NCBI GenBank assembly: GCA_963840855.1
Contig: CAWJBB010000058.1
Span: 32,001 to 96,000 of the forward strand
DNA: 64,000 nt
Reading direction: 5' to 3'
Source of the DNA: an uncultured delta proteobacterium
GTDB taxonomy: Bacteria > Desulfobacterota > Binatia > UBA9968
The position numbers and the translations under genes are program-made. The notes under the pieces were generated by a model that ran no database searches, was not told the DNA's origin, and saw only the letters and a program-made list of their open reading frames with translations. This document shows, piece by piece, positions 61,332 through 64,000 of this stretch; the stretch's first letter is position 1, and each line of letters opens with the position of its first letter.

Positions 61332-62297
61332 TCACGCAAAGGCGGTGCCCACCGGCCGCAACGCGAAAAAAGTATCGAAAATACAATGGTCCACGGCATT
61401 GAGCTTGGTCTGCAGGGCATCGAGAAACTCATGCAAGCCGCGCGACATGATCTGTTGCCTGTCGGTATAGGCCAGCTCGGCGCGCAGTTGGCCGAGCCGC
61501 TGCTCGGCGGAATTGCGGTAGGTGCCGACGGGCGTCCCCGAAATAGCATGGAGCGAGTCGTTCGCCTCGGTCAGGCAGTAATGGATGGAGCGGGGGAATT
61601 CCCCGTCGAGCACAAGAAATTCAACGATGTCTTCCGGCACGATGTGGCCATGCCTTTTGCGGTACATTTCCAGGGCGCTGGCCGAACGCAGCACGGCGGC
61701 CCATTGGATATCATCCAGCGGCGTTCCCACGTCGGCGACCGAAGGCAACAAGATGAAATATTTCACGTCGAGCAATCGGGAGGTCTTATCGGCGCGCTCC
61801 AGTAAACGGCCCATGCGGTAGAAATGCCAGCCTTCTCCGTGCAACATGGTCGCCTCGGCCACGCCGTCGAACAGATGGCTGGTATTTTTGACCTCGGTAA
61901 AAAAACTATAAGGAGAGTGAATCAGCGTCTGGTTCGAAGCCGCGGCGCTGACCGTCAGATAACTGGTGTTGACCTGTTCCCACATTTCCGAGGAAATGAC
62001 TTCCCTGACGGTGCGCGCGTTCTCGCGGGCGGCCCGCAAACAAGACAGGATCGAGTTGGGGTTTTCGCCGTCCAAGGCGAGAAATTTTATGACACCTTCC
62101 CGCGTCGGCGCCGAATAGCGTTTCTGGAACGCCGCATCGTCGCCGGAGATACTCACCAGCGGCTGCCACTGCTGGTTCAAGCCGCTGGGCAGATCGAGCA
62201 TCATTTGCAGATTGACATCGATGAAACGAGCGACGTTTTCGGCTCGTTCCATATATCGGCTCAACCAGTATATAGAGTTGGCGACGCGACTCAGCAT
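61332..62297 (-). CDS. Alpha-E domain protein (DUF403)
   Basis: MLSRVANSIYWLSRYMERAENVAR, ARENAR, LERADKTSR, FPRSI. Confidence 0.92.
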   Translation of the reverse strand: MLSRVANSIYWLSRYMERAENVARFIDVNLQMMLDLPSGLNQQWQPLVSISGDDAAFQKRYSAPTREGVIKFLALDGENPNSILSCLRAARENARTVREVISSEMWEQVNTSYLTVSAAASNQTLIHSPYSFFTEVKNTSHLFDGVAEATMLHGEGWHFYRMGRLLERADKTSRLLDVKYFILLPSVADVGTPLDDIQWAAVLRSASALEMYRKRHGHIVPEDIVEFLVLDGEFPRSIHYCLTEANDSLHAISGTPVGTYRNSAEQRLGQLRAELAYTDRQQIMSRGLHEFLDALQTKLNAVDHCIFDTFFALRPVGTAFA

Positions 62298-62347
62298 GGC
62301 TCAATCCGCCGGCACCGCGGCTGCTCCCTGATTTTAAAAAGCTTCCC

Positions 62348-63781
62348 TCAATGCATCAGCACCCAGGTGTCCTTGCTGCCGCCGCCCTGAGAGGAATTGA
62401 CCACCAGCGAACCCTCTTTCAGCGCCACACGAGTCAATCCGCCGGGCAGCACGTAGATGTCCGCGCCGTAAAGCACATAGGGTCTAAGATCGACGTGGCG
62501 CCCCGCGACCTGACCGTTGACGATGACCGGCACGCGCGACAGCCCCAGCGTCGGCTGCGCGATATAGTTGCGCGGGTTATCCCGGATTCGCCCGGCGAAC
62601 TCGGCGCGCTCCTCGGGCCTGGCATGCGGCCCGACCAGCATGCCGTAGCCGCCGGATTCGTTGACCGCTTTGACGACCAGTATGTCCAGATTCGCAATCA
62701 CGTATTCCAGCTGCTTCGGCTCGGCGCAGATGTAGGTCGGCACGTTGGGAATGATGATCTTTTCGCCCAGGTAGTATTCGATCATCTGCGGCACATACGC
62801 GTAGATCGATTTGTCATCGGCGATTCCCGTCCCCGGCGCATTGGCCAGAGCCACGCGGCCCTTCTTGTAAATCTCCATGATGCCGGGCACGCCGAGCAAC
62901 GAGTCCGGCCGGAAAACCTGAGGATCGAGAAAATCGTCGTCGATCCGGCGATATAAAACATCCACGGGCTCAATCCCCTTGGTGGTGCGCATCATGATGC
63001 GGTTGTCGGCCGCCACCAAGTCGCTCCCCTCGACCAACTCCACGCCCATCTGCTGCGCCAGAAAGGAGTGCTCGTAGTAGGCCGAGTTATAGATGCCGGG
63101 GGTCAACAAAGCCACCTTGGGCGATTCCATCGCGGCGGGGAACAGCGACTGCAGCGTCGACAGCAAACGGCTCGGATATTCATCCACCGGCCGCACCCGC
63201 GAGGCCTCGAAGACCTGAGGAAAGGTCCGTTTCAAAATGCGGCGGTTTTCGAGGACATAAGAAACTCCCGACGGACAGCGGAGATTGTCCTCGAGCACAT
63301 AGATCTGGCCGTCGCGATCGCGCACCAGATCGGTTCCGGTAATATGGCACCAAACCCTTTGCGGCGGATTGAGCCCGACGCACGCTTTTCTGAAAGAACG
63401 AGCCGACTGGATGAGATAGTCTGGGACGACTCCATCCTTGACGATCTTCTGCTCGTGATAAATATCGTCGACAAACAAGTTGAGCGCGTAGACCCGCTGC
63501 TTCAAACCTTTCTCGATCCAATCCCATTCAGCGGCTTCGACGATGCGCGGTATGATATCGAAGGGAAAAATTTTTTCCGTCGCCGCGCTATCGCTGTAAA
63601 CGTTGAAGGTGATACCGTTCTGCAGCAGCAAGCGCTCGGCCGCGGCCTGGCGGGCGAGCAGTTCACCTTCGGGCAGCCCGTCGATGCGCTGTTGCAGCAA
63701 ACGGGAGCCGCTGCGCGGCGTGCCGTCGGCGAGAAACATCTCGTCATAAAAATCCGCCATGCTATAGGACGCAAATTTCAT
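62348..63781 (-). CDS. Circularly permuted type 2 ATP-grasp protein (DUF404/407)
   Basis: [57 protein letters not shown]. Confidence 0.94.
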   Translation of the reverse strand: MKFASYSMADFYDEMFLADGTPRSGSRLLQQRIDGLPEGELLARQAAAERLLLQNGITFNVYSDSAATEKIFPFDIIPRIVEAAEWDWIEKGLKQRVYALNLFVDDIYHEQKIVKDGVVPDYLIQSARSFRKACVGLNPPQRVWCHITGTDLVRDRDGQIYVLEDNLRCPSGVSYVLENRRILKRTFPQVFEASRVRPVDEYPSRLLSTLQSLFPAAMESPKVALLTPGIYNSAYYEHSFLAQQMGVELVEGSDLVAADNRIMMRTTKGIEPVDVLYRRIDDDFLDPQVFRPDSLLGVPGIMEIYKKGRVALANAPGTGIADDKSIYAYVPQMIEYYLGEKIIIPNVPTYICAEPKQLEYVIANLDILVVKAVNESGGYGMLVGPHARPEERAEFAGRIRDNPRNYIAQPTLGLSRVPVIVNGQVAGRHVDLRPYVLYGADIYVLPGGLTRVALKEGSLVVNSSQGGGSKDTWVLMH

Positions 63782-64000
63782 AGGCGACAGAAACTACAGT
63801 TAACTCTATACGGCTGTTTGGCTCGCACGATATACCCTAGTTGAAACCAGAGCAACGAACATGCCAGCGCTGTTTCTTGGCGCTTTTAACCAGGGCGATT
63901 GCCCGCTTTGCATGCGAATGGTTAAATTTTCGGCAATTCGTTGCCCATGTTTTGATCGGTGGTCGTCTCGGACCCGTGGCAATAAGGATGCCATACGCGG

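Overview
This is a GC-rich bacterial chromosomal window; the gene mix (orphan NMT1/SsuA and Bug solute-binding proteins, Mo-hydroxylases, Rieske oxygenase, multi-GAF kinases) suggests a Binatota/Deltaproteobacteria-like organism, which is inference. From 1 to 25 kb it is metabolic: an aldo-keto reductase, a coxSLM-like cluster plus an extra Mo large subunit, MFS transporters, a Rieske oxygenase, a pstSCAB-like transporter coupled to a PhnA-like hydrolase, and tcuA-like and Bug genes. From 26.0 to 37.1 kb lies an integron cassette array of about 13 cassettes with attC sites but no integrase in the window (CALIN); it carries defence-like, toxin-antitoxin and redox genes, many of them decayed. 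A complete IS21-family element with a 6-bp target duplication occupies 38.8-41.5 kb. Two orphan histidine kinases built from 6 and 9 shuffled GAF modules occupy 44.5-55.8 kb. The window ends with a PKD/CARDB surface protein and an alpha-E/circularly permuted ATP-grasp pair. The highlights are: (1) a YccU-type CoA-binding gene whose TGA falls on the conserved Cys and is followed by a SECIS-like hairpin (candidate selenoprotein); (2) the CALIN, whose upstream promoter-like segment is bracketed by 21-bp inverted repeats; (3) heptad-phased GAF module shuffling; (4) a TA module flanked by a gene-end duplication differing only at synonymous sites. No rRNA, tRNA or CRISPR was seen. Coordinates and alignments were made by eye and no database searches were run.
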